Of a stretch of DNA of 64,000 bases, positions 13,621 through 26,590 are shown in pieces. The stretch spans positions 4,030,001 to 4,094,000 of the forward strand of contig NC_134035.1 of the NCBI RefSeq assembly GCF_964204645.1, read 5' to 3'. This stretch comes from Tubulanus polymorphus (Eukaryota > Animalia > Nemertea). The stretch's first letter is position 1. Each line of letters starts with the position of its first letter. The notes under the pieces were generated by a model. The model did no database searches. It had not been told where the DNA came from and worked only from the letters and a program-made list of their open reading frames with translations. The translations under genes were made by a program, and so were the position numbers.

Positions 13621-14884
13621 TGTCACCATGTGGTCTATAGCTCAAATGAAACACGTGGGACCGACGAAAGGGCCCAAAAGCGTAAGTCATTTCCTGAGTG
13701 ATGTGATCCAAAAATGCCCTAACTGGAAAAGGCAGTCTTTCAATTGGACGAAACCAAATCGGACAGAACAATTAAAATTTGGGAAGGCCACAGGCAGTGG
13801 TCTTTCTACGAAGCCAACGCGGTAGGCCTATACTTTGAGCGTATTATTATGAAATCTTGTAATCACCATGTACCACATTAAGTAATAAGCATCGTTGTAA
13901 GCACTTGAAACAGCCATTAGCCACTTGAAACTGTCAGATCAAACATCATACCGCATCCCCGCAAAGAGGGGTAGTTCAGCAAACCGGAGCTTTCATTTGC
14001 CTATCTAGACTACCCCGCCAGTACGGGTAGCCGAGCAAACCGGAAAACTCATAATGACTTACTTATCAATTAATATAGTATTTATATACAGACTAAATTA
14101 TTCATTTTCATTTTTGAATGATAATTTATCATCAGAATTGACAAAATGTCCATATTTTTTCTTCGATATAGTCTATTTGCGCGCAAATAATCAGGGAACA
14201 TACAAACACCTGTCGCTCTCTCCCAGACCATACTAGAAATACCCCGATTCAAATTTACTCTTTCAAGGCTTATTCTTTTATAGAAAAATTATTTGGTTCG
14301 AACGTTTCAGAGCAGTTTTTCAGAGTTTGAAAATTTTCCTCGGAATCCGGCCCGCAAATCGGTAATTAGTTCGACCACTCCTGCCGTTCAAAGACTCTGG
14401 CAAGCGAATATTATGTTAGTTCACGTTTTCCACGCTAACGTCATACATAGCGGCAGCACTAGACGGTCGAGATTGAATTGATCGCGCTATTTTACTGTGG
14501 AGCGGGCTCAATTCAATCGCTAATTCTTTATTTACAGCGAACTATTCCCTCAATTGTTAAAGACTTTAAAGCCACGATGATGTTAAATGTACGAATTTTG
14601 ATATTGGGTAAAAAGATAAGAATTCATGATATTTCATGTCCCAGGGACGCAAAGGGGGACCTCACTCCAATTGACTTCGCAAACACGTCACGACACACTA
14701 GTGAGGCCGGCCAGGCCCTGACTCGACCAGTTAGTTACAATCGCTTTCTCCCTGCCACAGGCTGGGCTCTTGTGAAAAACGAGAATCTGTTAAACCAGTG
14801 TGACCAGGGGACTGAAAACTGCTGAAAACCTTTGCTGAAGCCTTTAGGCTACTATGTCAGAGTAATTGTACTGTTTTGCTCCCC

Positions 14885-15055
14885 TTTTCACCCATCCTCC
14901 CTCGACCTCTCACCCCATCCTCCCCCAACCTCTCACCCCATCCTCCCTCAACCTCACCCAACCTCATCACCCCATTGTCCCCAACCTCTCACCCCATCCT
15001 CCCTCAACCTCTCACCCCATCCTCCCCAACCTCTCACCCCATCCTCCCCCAACTT
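14885..15055. repeat. C-rich ~22-bp minisatellite (CCTCCCCAACCTCTCACCCCAT)
   Basis: Direct observation; a longer paralog lies at 18175-18420. Confidence 0.9.
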
Positions 15056-18000
15056 CTCGCAGTCAGTCTCCCTGTTAATGTGATTTCAATTTTAGTATTT
15101 CAGGTTTTCCTCTGTCGGGCTGTGGTGTAAACTTCATTACAAATACTGGATGCGGTGGACTTCAACTGAAATTTATCACAGTTTTACTTCTTCCGGACTA
15201 CTAGTGAACTAACCCGACTATATGTGAACTAACCGGACCATTTAGTCCATTTAGGACCATTTAGATTGATACTCATAAAAAACAGTCACTGGTTGACTCC
15301 AGGAGGTGTTGAACTCTGTATGTGGATTTGTGGAACTCGGTGGACTACCATTACTGCTAGACAAGGGCTAGTGAGTGTGTGAGTAGAATTTCTGAAAAGT
15401 TTCCCAAACAATTATGAGAAAGCAGTTTATCTGTAAACACTGTTCACTGCATTTCATAAGAATTGTCAATGTGGTTATTTGAGGCAGCCTGTAATTGTGT
15501 TGCAGGAATTATAATTCAGGGTTTTTAGTAAGAGCATCAATTCCTACCTTAAAAATTAATTGAATATTTGACATCATTGAATAAAAATCGTTTTTGGACC
15601 GAATTTCGCGGGCGAATTTCATCAAAATTTGTGACGAAATTAAGGGGGTCAAAACACGAAATCCTGAATATCTCATTTTAGGAGCCTCGGATCCAAAATC
15701 TAACCTCATATTTGTAACCAGCACCCCAAAAAACATGTCTGCACTAAATTTTATTAAAATTGGGCCAAAAAAATATTTTGACTTTGTACCCCATTTTTGG
15801 GGTGCATATTTTGGGCATTAAAACCCTTATTTGCCCATGAAGATGAATTCCGATTCAAAATCTGATTGCGGATCCGGAATCTACACCTCAGAATACATAT
15901 TCCTACCAAATTTCGAAGGAATCAGAGAAAAAAAAGTTTTCGCCGAAAAAAAACTCCTGGACTAACACCTTAGATTTTTGCCATTTTTAGCAAAAAAATC
16001 GAATCTCTTCGATTTGCTTGAAATTTCAGTCATTTATATTGTCAGGGGTGCTGATTCCAAATCTGCAATCAGATTTTGAATATCTCGAAAACTCTGGGGT
16101 CCAAGGCCTTTTGAAAATTTAGGGGTCCCCCAAAAAAATCGAATTTCTCATTTTCTGGGCCTCGGATCCTAAAAATTCGTTCAGATTTGTAATCAGCACG
16201 CCAGAATACACGTCTAACCGGAATTTCATCAAAATCGGAGACAAAAAATATTTGACCCCGACACTCATTTTGGGTAGTAGCCTACCTTAGATTGCCATTT
16301 CTCTGATATACCGGTAACTAGACTTAACTCTTACACTGTGTATAACTGTTCGGTGGCCTCAAATCTATTAAGTTTCATTTATATCTTTTAGGATGTTTCT
16401 CATCATTAGGATGGAATTATTGACTTTTTGAGTTTGATGATCAGGATCAGATGAACTGGATAAATATGTGTTGGCAGTGTTAGAACTCACCGGGAGGATA
16501 AACAAACAAACGAACAAATATTGGGAGAACTTGAATTCAAATTTACTCTTCTTTAATAGTTTCCGAGCATTATTTCTGGTTACAGTGTTAGTGGTAGTTG
16601 AATGCACTATTTTAGAGAATAAAGTTTAATTTGCTTGAAATTCTTCCTTTGGCATGTGAGCCTAGCGCTTTACTGGATGCTAATACATTCCGCAGACAAA
16701 ATAGTTCTATCAAAAACGGTTTGAAATTCGTTTTAGAAAGATGATCCCCTTCTAAAAACCTTAAACGATAGTCGAATTATTCATATACAATGGAATCGTA
16801 TTAGATAATCAACGAAATTCGGCTAAGAAAAATATCTGTATTGCTCGCATGCCACAGTAAGATAGCGAGGCTGAGTTAGATATTTACCGTACAGTGCTGC
16901 CCCTATGAATAACGATAGCGGAATTTCTGTGAACTAAAATAGTAGCGCATATTTACCGCCGGAATTTCAATGTCCTTATTACGTACAGTACCGACCAGTG
17001 TGTCGTCTAATTCTGATTAAATATGATACTATGAATACGTTCTGAATTTTGTATGATATTTCCTTATTTTTAAGTAACATATTTAATTTTTTTTAGCTAA
17101 AATTTACTTACTTATCAATTAATATAGTATTTGTATACAGAATAAATTATTCATTTTCATTTTTTAATGATAATTTATCATCAGAATTGACAAAATGTCC
17201 ATATTTTTTCTTCGATTATAGTCTATTTGCGCGCAAATAAATAGGGAACTTACAAACACCTGTCGCTCTCTCCCAGGCCATACTAGAAATACATCGATTC
17301 AAATTAACTCTTTTAAGGCTCATTCTCTTATAGAAAAATTGTTTGGTTCGAACGTTTCAGGGCAGTTTTCAGAGTTTGAGAATTTTCCTCGGAATCCGGC
17401 CCGCAAATCGGTAAATAGTTCGTCCAGTGTTGCCGTTCGAAGACTCTGGCAAGCGAGTATTATGTTAGTTCACATTTTCCACGCTATCGTTATACATAGC
17501 GGCAGCACTAGACGGTCGAGATTGAATTAATCGCGCTATTTTACTGTGGAGCGGGCTCAATTCAATCGCTAAATCTTTATTTACAGTGAACTATTCCCTC
17601 AATTGATAAAGACTTTAAAGCCGCGATGATTCTAAATGTACGAATTTTGATATTGGTAAAAAAGATAAAAATTCATACATGATATTTCATTTTCATGTCC
17701 TCAGGTACACACACACAGTTTAGGGGGACCTCACTCCAGTGACTTCGCAGACACTTCACGACAGTCAGTGGAGGCCGGGACCTACTCAAATTTAGTCTGA
17801 ATCAGTCAGTCGTTGTTACTACGGGTTCTGGGTTTTTTAGGGAACGACGGCTAGGTGCTAGGCTAACAGGGACCTCACTCGGTGTCAAAAACCACTTTCT
17901 AGCCTACACGGGCCGCACTACCCTAGCCGCTTGCATTGCACATGGTGCAGCAGGCGATAGTTTCAGAAATCTTGATGAACTGTTCTTCAACTTCCTCCGG

Positions 18001-18174
18001 CACCACATCTTGTTCAACAGGTTAAGACCAGCTGACTCAGTTAGTTACACCAGCTTTCTCCCACGCCACAGGCTGGGCTCTTGTGTAAAACGAGAATCTG
18101 CCTAATCCAGTGCCGTACTGAAAACTGCTGAAAACTTTTGCTTAAGCCTGAGTAATTGTGCTGCTTTGCTTCCC

Positions 18175-18420
18175 TTTTCACCCATCCTCCACCAACCTCT
18201 CACCCCATCCACTCTCAACCCACCCTCCCCAACCTCTCACCCCATCCTCTCTCAACCTCTCACCCCATCCTCCCCAACCTCTCATCCCATCCTCACTCAA
18301 CCTCTCACCCCATCCTCCCCCAACCTCTCATCCCATTGTCCCTCAACCTCTCACCACATCCTCCCCCAACCTCTCATCCCAATGTCCCTCAACCTCTCAC
18401 CCCATCCTCCCCCAACTTCT
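18175..18420. repeat. C-rich ~22-bp minisatellite, expanded paralog
   Basis: Same unit as 14885-15055. Confidence 0.9.
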
Positions 18421-20127
18421 CAGTCAGTCTTCCTCTTAATGTGATTTCAATTTTATATTTCAGGTTTTCCTGTCGGGCTGTTTTGTAAACTTCATCACGA
18501 ATACTGGACGTGGTGGACTTCAAGTGAAATTCATCACAGTTTTACTTCTTCAGTCAACTTCTTCCAGACTACTAGTGAAACTAGCTATTAGTAAACTAAC
18601 TGGACTATATGTGAACTAACTGGACTATTTAGTCAACTAACCGGACTATAAGTGGATATAAAAACAGTCAGTGGTGGACTCCAGGAGTTGTATGTGGATT
18701 TGTGGAACTCGGTGACTACCATTACTGCTAGACAAGGGCTAGTGAGTGTGTGAGTAGAATTTCTTATAAGTTTCCAAAACAATTATGAGAAAGCAGTTTA
18801 TCTGTAAACACTGTTTTCTGCATTTCATAAGAATTGTCAATGTGGTTATTTGAAGCAGCCTGTAATTGTGTTGCAGGGATTATAATACAGGGTTTTAGTA
18901 AGAGCATCAATTTCTACCTTAAAAATCAATTGAATATTTGACATAATTGAATAAAATTCGTTTTTGGGCCGAATTTCCCAGGCAAATTCCATCAAAATTT
19001 GTGATGAAATTAAGGGGGTCAAAACACGAAATCCTGAATATCTCATTTTAGGTGCCTCGGATCCTGAATCTAACCTCATATTTGTAATCAGCACCCCAAA
19101 AAATATGTCTGCACAAAATTTCATTAAAATTGGGTCAAAAAAAATTTTGACTTTGTACCCCATTTTTGGGGTGCATATTTTGGGCATTAAAACCCTTATT
19201 TGCCCATGAAGATGAATTCTGATTCAAAATCTGATTGCGGATCCGGAATCTACACCTCAGAATACATATTCCTACCAAATTTCGAAGGAATCAGAGAAAA
19301 AAAAGTTTTCGCCGAAAAAAAACTCCTGGGATTACACCTTAGATTTTTGCCATTTTTAGCCAAAAAATCGAATCTCTTCGATTTGCTTGAAATTTTAGTT
19401 CTGTATATTTTCAGGGGTGCTGATTCCAAATCTGCAATCAGATTTTGAATATTTCGAAAACTCTGGGGTCCAAGGCTTTTTGAAAATTTAGGGGGTCCCC
19501 CAAAAATTCGAATTTCTGGATTTCTGGGGCACGGAATCCGAAAAATTCGTTCGAATTGTGATCAGCACCCCATAATACATGCCTATACCGAATTTCATCG
19601 AAATCGGAGACAAAAAATATTTGACCCTTGGCCCCCTACCTTAGATTGCCATTTCTCTGATACACCGGTAAAAAATATTTGACCCTTGGCCCCCTACCTT
19701 AGATTGCCATTTCTCTGATACACCGGTAACTAGACTTAACTCAAACTGTGTATAACTGATTGGTTGCCTCAAATCTATAAAGTTTCATTTATATCTTTTA
19801 GGAAGTTTGTCATCATTAGGATGGAATTATTGAAGTTTGTGTTCGATGATCAAGACTACATCAGATGAACTGGATAAATATGTGTTGGCAGCGTTAGAAC
19901 TCACCGGGAGGATAAACAAACAAACGAACACATATTGGGAGAACTTGACTTCAGTTATAGTGAACTTTATGTCCACGAGGACTAACTATGTGATGACTTT
20001 GCTGCTGATGGGATAAATATCTGTTTGAACTAAAAACTGTAAAACTAAAACTACTGACGGCATCTAGAATCTGCCGGATAGAAAACAACAAGGAACATAG
20101 AAGTTCAGGTGATATACAATCCTATCC

Positions 20128-20750
20128 TCTGTCTCTCTTTCTATCATCTCTCACTCTTTCATCCTCATCTCTCATACTCATCTCTCATCCTCATCTCTCA
20201 CACTCATCTCTCATACTCATCTCTCATCTCTCACTCTCTCATACTCATCTCTCATCCTCATCTCATACTCATCTCTCATTCTCATCTCTCATACTCATCT
20301 CTCATTCTCATCTCTCATTCCCATCACTCATCTCTCATTCTCATCTTTCATACTCATCTCTCATTCTCATCTCTCATTCTCATCTCTCATTCTCATCTCT
20401 CATACTTATCTCCCATACTCATCTCCCATACTCATCTCTCATTCTCATCTCTCATTCTCATCTCTCATTCTCATCTCTCATTCTCATCTCTTTGTCTCAT
20501 TCTCATAGTCTCATTCTCATCTCACTCTCATCACTCATCTCATTCTCATATCACTCATCTCATACTCATCCCTCATTCATCTGTCTGTCTCATTCTCATA
20601 GTCTCATCTCACTCTCTCACTCTTTAATTCTGGTCTCATACTCATCTCACATCTCACTCTTTCATCCTCATCTCATTCTCATCTCACACTCCTCTCTCTG
20701 GTCTCATTCTCATCTCTCCTCTCATCTCCTTCTTCTGGTCTCATTCTCCA
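20128..20750. repeat. Degenerate (TCTCAT/CTCATA)n low-complexity tract
   Basis: Direct observation; it produces the S/H/L/I-rich pseudo-ORFs. Confidence 0.95.
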
Positions 20751-20865
20751 CCATCTACCGGGTTGTGATAGGAACTAGTTCCTGTCTCGCCCGGTAGATG
20801 GCATTTTTTAACAAAATTTGCTTAAGCAATGGATAAATATGAGTTCCCCTGCAGGCTGTCAGTAC

Positions 20866-20930
20866 GTCCCTGTAGCGTAGTGGGTAGGGTGCTGGACTGC
20901 TAGACCAGTGGTTGGTGGTTCAAATCCCGT
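20866..20930 (+). other. tRNA-derived fragment (A box TAGCGTAGTGG, B box GGTTCAAATCC) lacking a 3' acceptor arm
   Basis: gtccctgtagcgtagtgggtagggtgctggactgctagaccagtggttggtggttcaaatcccgt. Confidence 0.6.
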
Positions 20931-21245
20931 ATTTTAAATAATTTTTATTGGTTGTTGATTGAATAAAATGTTGAATTTTGATTTCGTTCGTTTCAATAAA
21001 ATGTTGAATTTTACTTTTGCAAACAAGCTGTAACAAATTCCTACTTTGAATTTGGAATAAATCCTTTGATTTGTACTTTGCGTTTGTCCTTTGACTTTGT
21101 CCTTTTCCTTGTTGTGAGAGGGAAGAGTCCTTTCCGGGGCAAAGTGCCCGAGACAGAGATTTTATTAAAGAGAGCATTTTATATAGATGGACGTTTTATT
21201 TATTTACGTTACTTTTTACAACATGCGGCAAAACGAGATAATGAC

Positions 21246-21695
21246 GAGTAGAGTCTGCGTCTCGAGGTTTGATGATGGTTCTGTAGTCGGAGTAGAGTCT
21301 GCGTCTCGAGGTTTGAGGATGGTGCTGTAGTCGGAGTAGAGTCTGCGTCTCGAGGTTTGAAGATGGTTCTGTAGTCGGAGTAGAGTCTGCGTCTCGAGGT
21401 TTGAAGATGGTTCTGTAGTCGGAGTAGAGTCTGCGTCTCGTGAGGATGGTGCTGTGCGTCTCGAGGTTTGACGATGGTGCTGTAGTCGGAGTAGGGCTGC
21501 GTCTCGAGGTTTGAGGATGGTTCTGTAGTCGGAGTAGAGTCTGCGTCTCGAGGTTTGACGATGGTGCTGTAGTCGGAGTAGAGTCTGCGTCTCGAGGTTT
21601 GACGATGGTGCTGTAGTCGGAGTAGAGTCTGCGTCTCGAGGTTTGACGATGGTTCTGTAGTCGGAGTAGAGTCTGCGTCTCGAGGTTTGAAGATG
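21246..21695. repeat. 44-bp tandem repeat, ~10 units
   Basis: Unit GAGTAGAGTCTGCGTCTCGAGGTTTGAnGATGGTkCTGTAGTCG; frame cycling in the ORF track is consistent with 44 bp. Confidence 0.95.
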
Positions 21696-21818
21696 GGGGC
21701 AGTAACTCAAATATTGCCGGCTGAAAAACAAATCGTACAATCGTCAAGCTAATGAAGAAGATTGAATATGCAAAATGTTCGGATGGGTGTAGTTTAATAT
21801 AATTACCTTATCTTTAAG

Positions 21819-21840
21819 ATACCGAAACAGCAATCCCAAT

Positions 21841-21875
<35 letters not shown>

Positions 21876-22455
21876 CTAGTTCAGGACGTTGCGACAAACG
21901 AATTGTGTGTACATGTAGTTGTCAGTAGTAGCGAACTGGTTTCGGTTTAACCCTAAAAAGACACAATATTCATAATGTATGAATGTGCGCGAAATAGAAC
22001 GTCGGAAATCAGCAACAACAGCAACTCGTCTTCATCAGCAAATTAGCCGTCAGTATGTAGTTGAAATCCGACATCAACAGCAGCTGCAACACCAGTAACA
22101 GCAGCAGCAGTATCGGGATCTCCTCCGCGAACATCAGCACCATCCGCCAGTCTCATCTCGCGTTCTCAATCGCTAGGCGTTATAAATTCCTTCACGTTCC
22201 AGTCTCTCCTATCATCATCGGCCGCTTATTAGTTGGTTGTTCGCTTGAAGCCACACGTTCTTCACGCCTTGTTGCAGAGCTCTTATAGGTTGACCTTCAT
22301 CACTGGACATCGGTTTTCGGACTGGCACCGGGTGGCTCGAACCGCGCTCCTTATACCTACATCGACCAATCAGCGACGGTGCATCATCGATGCGACCGGA
22401 TTGGATCAATCAGAAGGCTCGATCGCGCATTCCTGTGACAGACCCGAGTCCGTGA
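21819..22455 (+). pseudogene. Possible decayed polyQ-rich orphan coding region
   Basis: (CAG)11 at ~21842 follows a TAAG acceptor-like site. A frame from 21979 (MNVREIERRK...QQQLQHQ*QQQQYRDLL...) has scattered stops. CpG-rich like the neighbouring orphan ORFs. Confidence 0.3.
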
Positions 22456-23064
22456 CGCTAATCCGCAAGAACCATTCAATTCGTGCCAAACATTTTCAAT
22501 GGGGCCTACAGGTCATCGAGTTTAATTCGACTATTCATAGAGACACATAATGTTAAAGATAGAAATATCTAATACTACGATTTTAGCCTAAAATTTTATG
22601 CTGAAATTTTATCTAAACTATCCAACAAACTTAAGTGTAGATTTCCCTTCTATTTACGTCTGGTTTTGAACTATAATTCCGGCTCAATTTTACTATTTTT
22701 GAGTTTTGCTTTAGGATATCGAAGTTTGCTTAAGGGTTTGTGCAGTCACGCGGCACTATTGTGTAGTAGAGCGTATGGCAGGTCTCCAGAGAGTGATTCT
22801 CTATTAGATAGAGTCGTTTTGAATCCGAATTTATACACAAGTTCACCAGACATCGCCGCGTACACATCTTCTTTAACTGAAATCTGGTGAAGTTAAAGAA
22901 TTATCAAAGTTTTTTCATCAGTTGAGAGAGAACTGTGATTGATCACCGCGCGCGCTGCTTGCACCGAAAAGTCGCTTGGATTTCTTCAGTTCGAGGAATT
23001 GAAATGATATAAAAAGATTTCCCAAACCCTCACCACTAAACATAAAATAACAACCTAATATTGT

Positions 23065-23353
23065 AAAAAAGTCGAAGCCCCTGGTGGAATTACTCCGCAG
23101 CCGGGACCGGTATTGTGGGATAAATAAATAATTCAGCCAGAAACGACTGAATTAAACATAATTTACCCCACACCAGTTATTTTGTAGGACTCACGCATTA
23201 GCAACCTCATTCCAGGGAGGACAGTGCTGCGCGTAGCCACCGTCCGCTTACCGGAGCTCATTGCCACATCCTGGCCCGCCTCCTCCGAGACTCGAACCTG
23301 GGCCACAGCGGTGACACGCAAGTCGCCTACCGACTACGCCATCCGGTCCGCCC
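23065..23353 (-). mobile_element. tRNA-derived SINE (tRNA-Asp-like head)
   Basis: Minus strand: GGGCGGACCGGATGGCGTAGTCGG (A box)...GTC anticodon-like loop...GGTTCGAGTCT (B box), then a ~220-bp body ending in a T-run. Confidence 0.8.
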
Positions 23354-24457
23354 GATTGTGACAGGAAAACATACGAACATATTCGACGGCCATTCATATT
23401 CGGAAAAACAACCATGACGTCACAATGGTCAACGCCGTGACGATGTCGACTCTGAATGAAATTGTCGTTTCTGACCAAACTTGAATTTCGCAGCTACGGT
23501 ACCACTGGGTAACACAACACTAGATTTCTATGAAAAAAAAAAACATCATACTCATTTATTCAACTTTTTAAGACGCTTAATATCTAGACGTTAAATATAA
23601 TTCAAATGTAATTTAAACACGAACACGAAATCTGGATTGCTCTATGCCCCACGCCCGGGACGGAGGAGCGCCAGCAGCGACTGACTAAACAAAACAGAAA
23701 GTCATCCCTGACCAAACGATATAAGGCTGGTGGTCCTATCATTCACGATGATGTTGGCTACGACAGTTTACCACCAGTACAAAACATAGAGTTTCCTGAG
23801 TTTGATTTAGATGTAGACAGTCTACCAACTGTCGATACAAACACTGATTATGACGCCCACGGATCCAAGATTCGTGTGCACAATGTATATCTGTCCGGGT
23901 CATGGTCATGGTTAAGTTAATCGAACGCGACGCTTGGGCATTGTTCATGTATAAAACACCGCAAAACGAATAGGCGTTATGTAATTGGACCAATAAATAA
24001 TATCAACCCGTTAATGTATACTCTCTGAAAATTCTAACACACAAATTCCACTTCACAATTCCGTTCAAATTAGTTAATTGACCCTTCTCGACAACATAAT
24101 AGACATTTTCACAAAACAGAAATATGAGGCGCTTGAAAACGCATCTATGAGTTCAAATTTCTAAAATCTTAAAATAGAAAGAAAATGCTGGTCGTTTCTC
24201 CTCACTTACGCGTGGCCCTCGATAGAGGGGAAATGTTTGCCGAATCGGCGTCCATTGAAAATTGAAAAGAAACGGTCTTATGATATCTTTACTTCTTTCT
24301 AATAACACTGTTCTACATCATAACAATCTATTTCGTTTTGTTAATTCAATATGCGGTATATTTCAAAGATATAGAATATATAGTTTCAGTTATATACATA
24401 TAGAATTTCTCAAGTTCAGACCATTCTCTATAATCTTATATTTCTATGTTTATGGCT

Positions 24458-25807
24458 TCACCAGTTTACGTTATACTTTCTGACCATTTTTCGAGGCGAT
24501 ACCCTCGGTTTCAGAGCGGCATTATGATACGGCGCGCCCGAACCGGGGCGTGGAATTAGGGCGCGTGGTCCACACCTCATCCGGCGCCTGATTTCACCGT
24601 ACGACCGACTGCGCGGCGCTCCGGGTAAAGATTGTCGAAACCGCAAGCGCCCAGACGACTTCACCGCACTCTGATGATGCACGTGTCTCAAACAGACGGC
24701 CTCCCGAGCGGCGTCGACTGGTCTCCTGAAGATGTCGATGATTTTAGCCACGTCGGACGCCGTGATCAAAACGCCTCCGAGTTCGTGCGCGATAACGTAA
24801 TCTCGAAAACGATAGAGAAAATTCATAATTCGAGTACCGGCGAAAAGTCCGATCGCGCCGTCGATCAACTGCGATAGGGGACATTTCTTGTCCGAGTCGT
24901 TGTCATTATCAGTATCGGAGCGTTCGGAATTCCTAGGCGAGCACGTTGACACCAACGCGTGATTCGAATTCCAGTTCATTTCTTCGAGGTTGCAGTTCTC
25001 AAGCGCCGCATCCCAGCCCGCTCCGAACGTGTCGCAGTAAACGACTAGCATTTCCTCGAGCGCGGGTCGACACAATTCCCGAATTTCGCCATCTATCGAC
25101 GGACGATCGTCGTTCTTCGAGTTACCGATACATGTACAGGGCGATTCGGTTATCGTAGCACTAACCCTGCTTTCCATCTCAAACGCGGGTTCGACTTCGG
25201 CGACGACGCCGCAATCGTTAACTTCAACCGCATCCGCGCTATCCTCTAACGCGACAACGGTATTCGCTATGCTCCCGAACAACACAAGGTAGTTGCCCAA
25301 CAAATATTCGTAGCCACGTTTCATTTCAAGCGCCTGCAACTCATTCGCGTTGAAATTCAAAATATTGTCCATATCGGCGTCGGTTATTACAATCCTGTTC
25401 TCGCGGCTTTCAGCCAATAGCCGCGCCTCTTCGAACACACGTGCTCTGTGGTTGTAGTCTATATCCGCTACGTGGCGTTGCCGTCGTATCCAATCGAGCA
25501 TGTGATCGGTTATTTCTGAAAGTAAATAATTTTGCAAAATACATTTTTTGAAAATTTAGAAATCCAGACTCCCATTCAGACAGCAGCAAGAATAGCAGAT
25601 CCGCCCCTGCAGTTTAGTACCTTCTTCGTCGTCCAGTAATCCTAGTAGTTTCTGTCGAAGTTCGGCGCGTTCGTCAACTTCGCGTTCATCTCCCGGAAAC
25701 AGTGTCCTGATGTCTTGTATGTATTGCGTAGTGTAGTCGAATCGGCGACGTTTTCTCAGCCGACTGACATTAGACAGCTGCTGTTGCTGCTGCTGCTGGT
25801 CGACTAT
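24458..25807 (-). CDS. Orphan spliced protein-coding gene (5' end unresolved)
   Basis: Exon 25807-25621 (IVDQQQQQQQLSNVSRLRKRRRFDY...LLDDEE) joins in phase 1 through a GT-AG intron to exon 25515-24458 (EITDHMLDW...KYNVNW*). Together they give >410 aa of open frame. No recognised domain. Confidence 0.7.
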
Positions 25808-26590
25808 CTACGAAGTATATATAAAAAGATTAACATAGCGGGAAAAATCAAATATACCTATACCCACCATCGGGTTTGAACGTGACGAAGATGGAAATGC
25901 CAATCATCTTTTCCAAAATGTACCCTTTGTCGTGTCGATGGACATCGTTCAATTTTTTTAAACCAAGTTTTGCGAACTGGTCTCTAGGCCTATTAAAACT
26001 TGGAGTAATCGAACTCAGTAATCAGAGTAAATTCAGTTTATGATTACTCCACGGTTAAGGTGTGGCAAAACAGGACGAGATTACCACTTGGGTCCGCACC
26101 GACAACATAACTTTTAATGCTTGGGTATAGGAATCTTCGATAAGTCTTTTAGATAAGCCTTACACTTTATGTTTATATTATAACCCTTCATTCCACCTAA
26201 CTTCTTAATATAAACTGAACTTGACGAGGTTAAACTTCGCAATGAGTCGCCAATAAAGAGTTCAATATAAAAATCACAAAGCCGAAAAGTTCTAATATCA
26301 AAACGTTAAATTCACCTGAAAACATGCCTTGACAATGGTTTTCAGTCGAAAACCGAAAATTCGGATCTTTGAAATAAATTTCAACGTTTCTAATATTTCA
26401 ACTGATTGTGGAACTTTTATTTCGGCTAAAACAATTGATACCTCGTTTCTCATTTCTGCCGATGAGCTTAAATTTGACCAGGTCGGCCCCGCCTATCTGT
26501 ACATTACTTTTTTTTCTAAATCATGATCAAGCTCACCATATTAAGACCCGACAAACCTATACAAAAAAATGTACTGAAATGTTTTGCGGT

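Larger units (their letters stand above)
6896..14056. mobile_element. 7.16-kb TIR element of undetermined superfamily, inserted in duplication copy 1
   Basis: Absent from the paralogous site at ~17106. Termini CATTATGAGaatgCCGGTTTGCTtg / (rc) CATTATGAGttttCCGGTTTGCTcg. Inverted subterminal arrays. No intact transposase ORF seen. Confidence 0.85.
6401..19953 (+). repeat. Tandem segmental duplication: copy 1 = 6401-6895 + 14057-16539; copy 2 = 16613-19953
   Basis: Long colinear near-identical blocks (e.g. 6401/16613, 14057/17106, 15509-16290/~18880-19640). Duplicated ORFs in the ORF track confirm it. Confidence 0.95.
20045..21187 (-). mobile_element. Non-autonomous Helitron-like element
   Basis: On the minus strand the 5' end is A|TCTATATAAAA at 21187, and the 3' end is the hairpin CGGCA-gattctaga-TGCCG plus 9 nt plus TTAG|T at 20045. 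It contains a (TCTCAT)n tract, an internal palindrome and a tRNA-derived segment. Confidence 0.65.

Noticed and set aside
6896-14056. Bona fide RAG-like/ProtoRAG transposon near TRAF6
   Set aside because: The terminus is CAT not CAC, the TSD is ambiguous, no RAG1/RAG2 motifs are visible and the relic frames are divergent rather than convergent. Kept only as a hypothesis to test.
14832-21747. Pro/Ser/His-rich ORFs at 14832-15130, 18156-18488, 20109-20797 and 21196-21747
   Set aside because: Open in several frames because of low-complexity or non-triplet tandem repeats; no splice or homology support.
23280-23353. Functional tRNA-Asp gene (also the tRNA-Ser-like segment at 20866-20930)
   Set aside because: Acceptor stems do not pair properly and each is embedded in a SINE or Helitron body.
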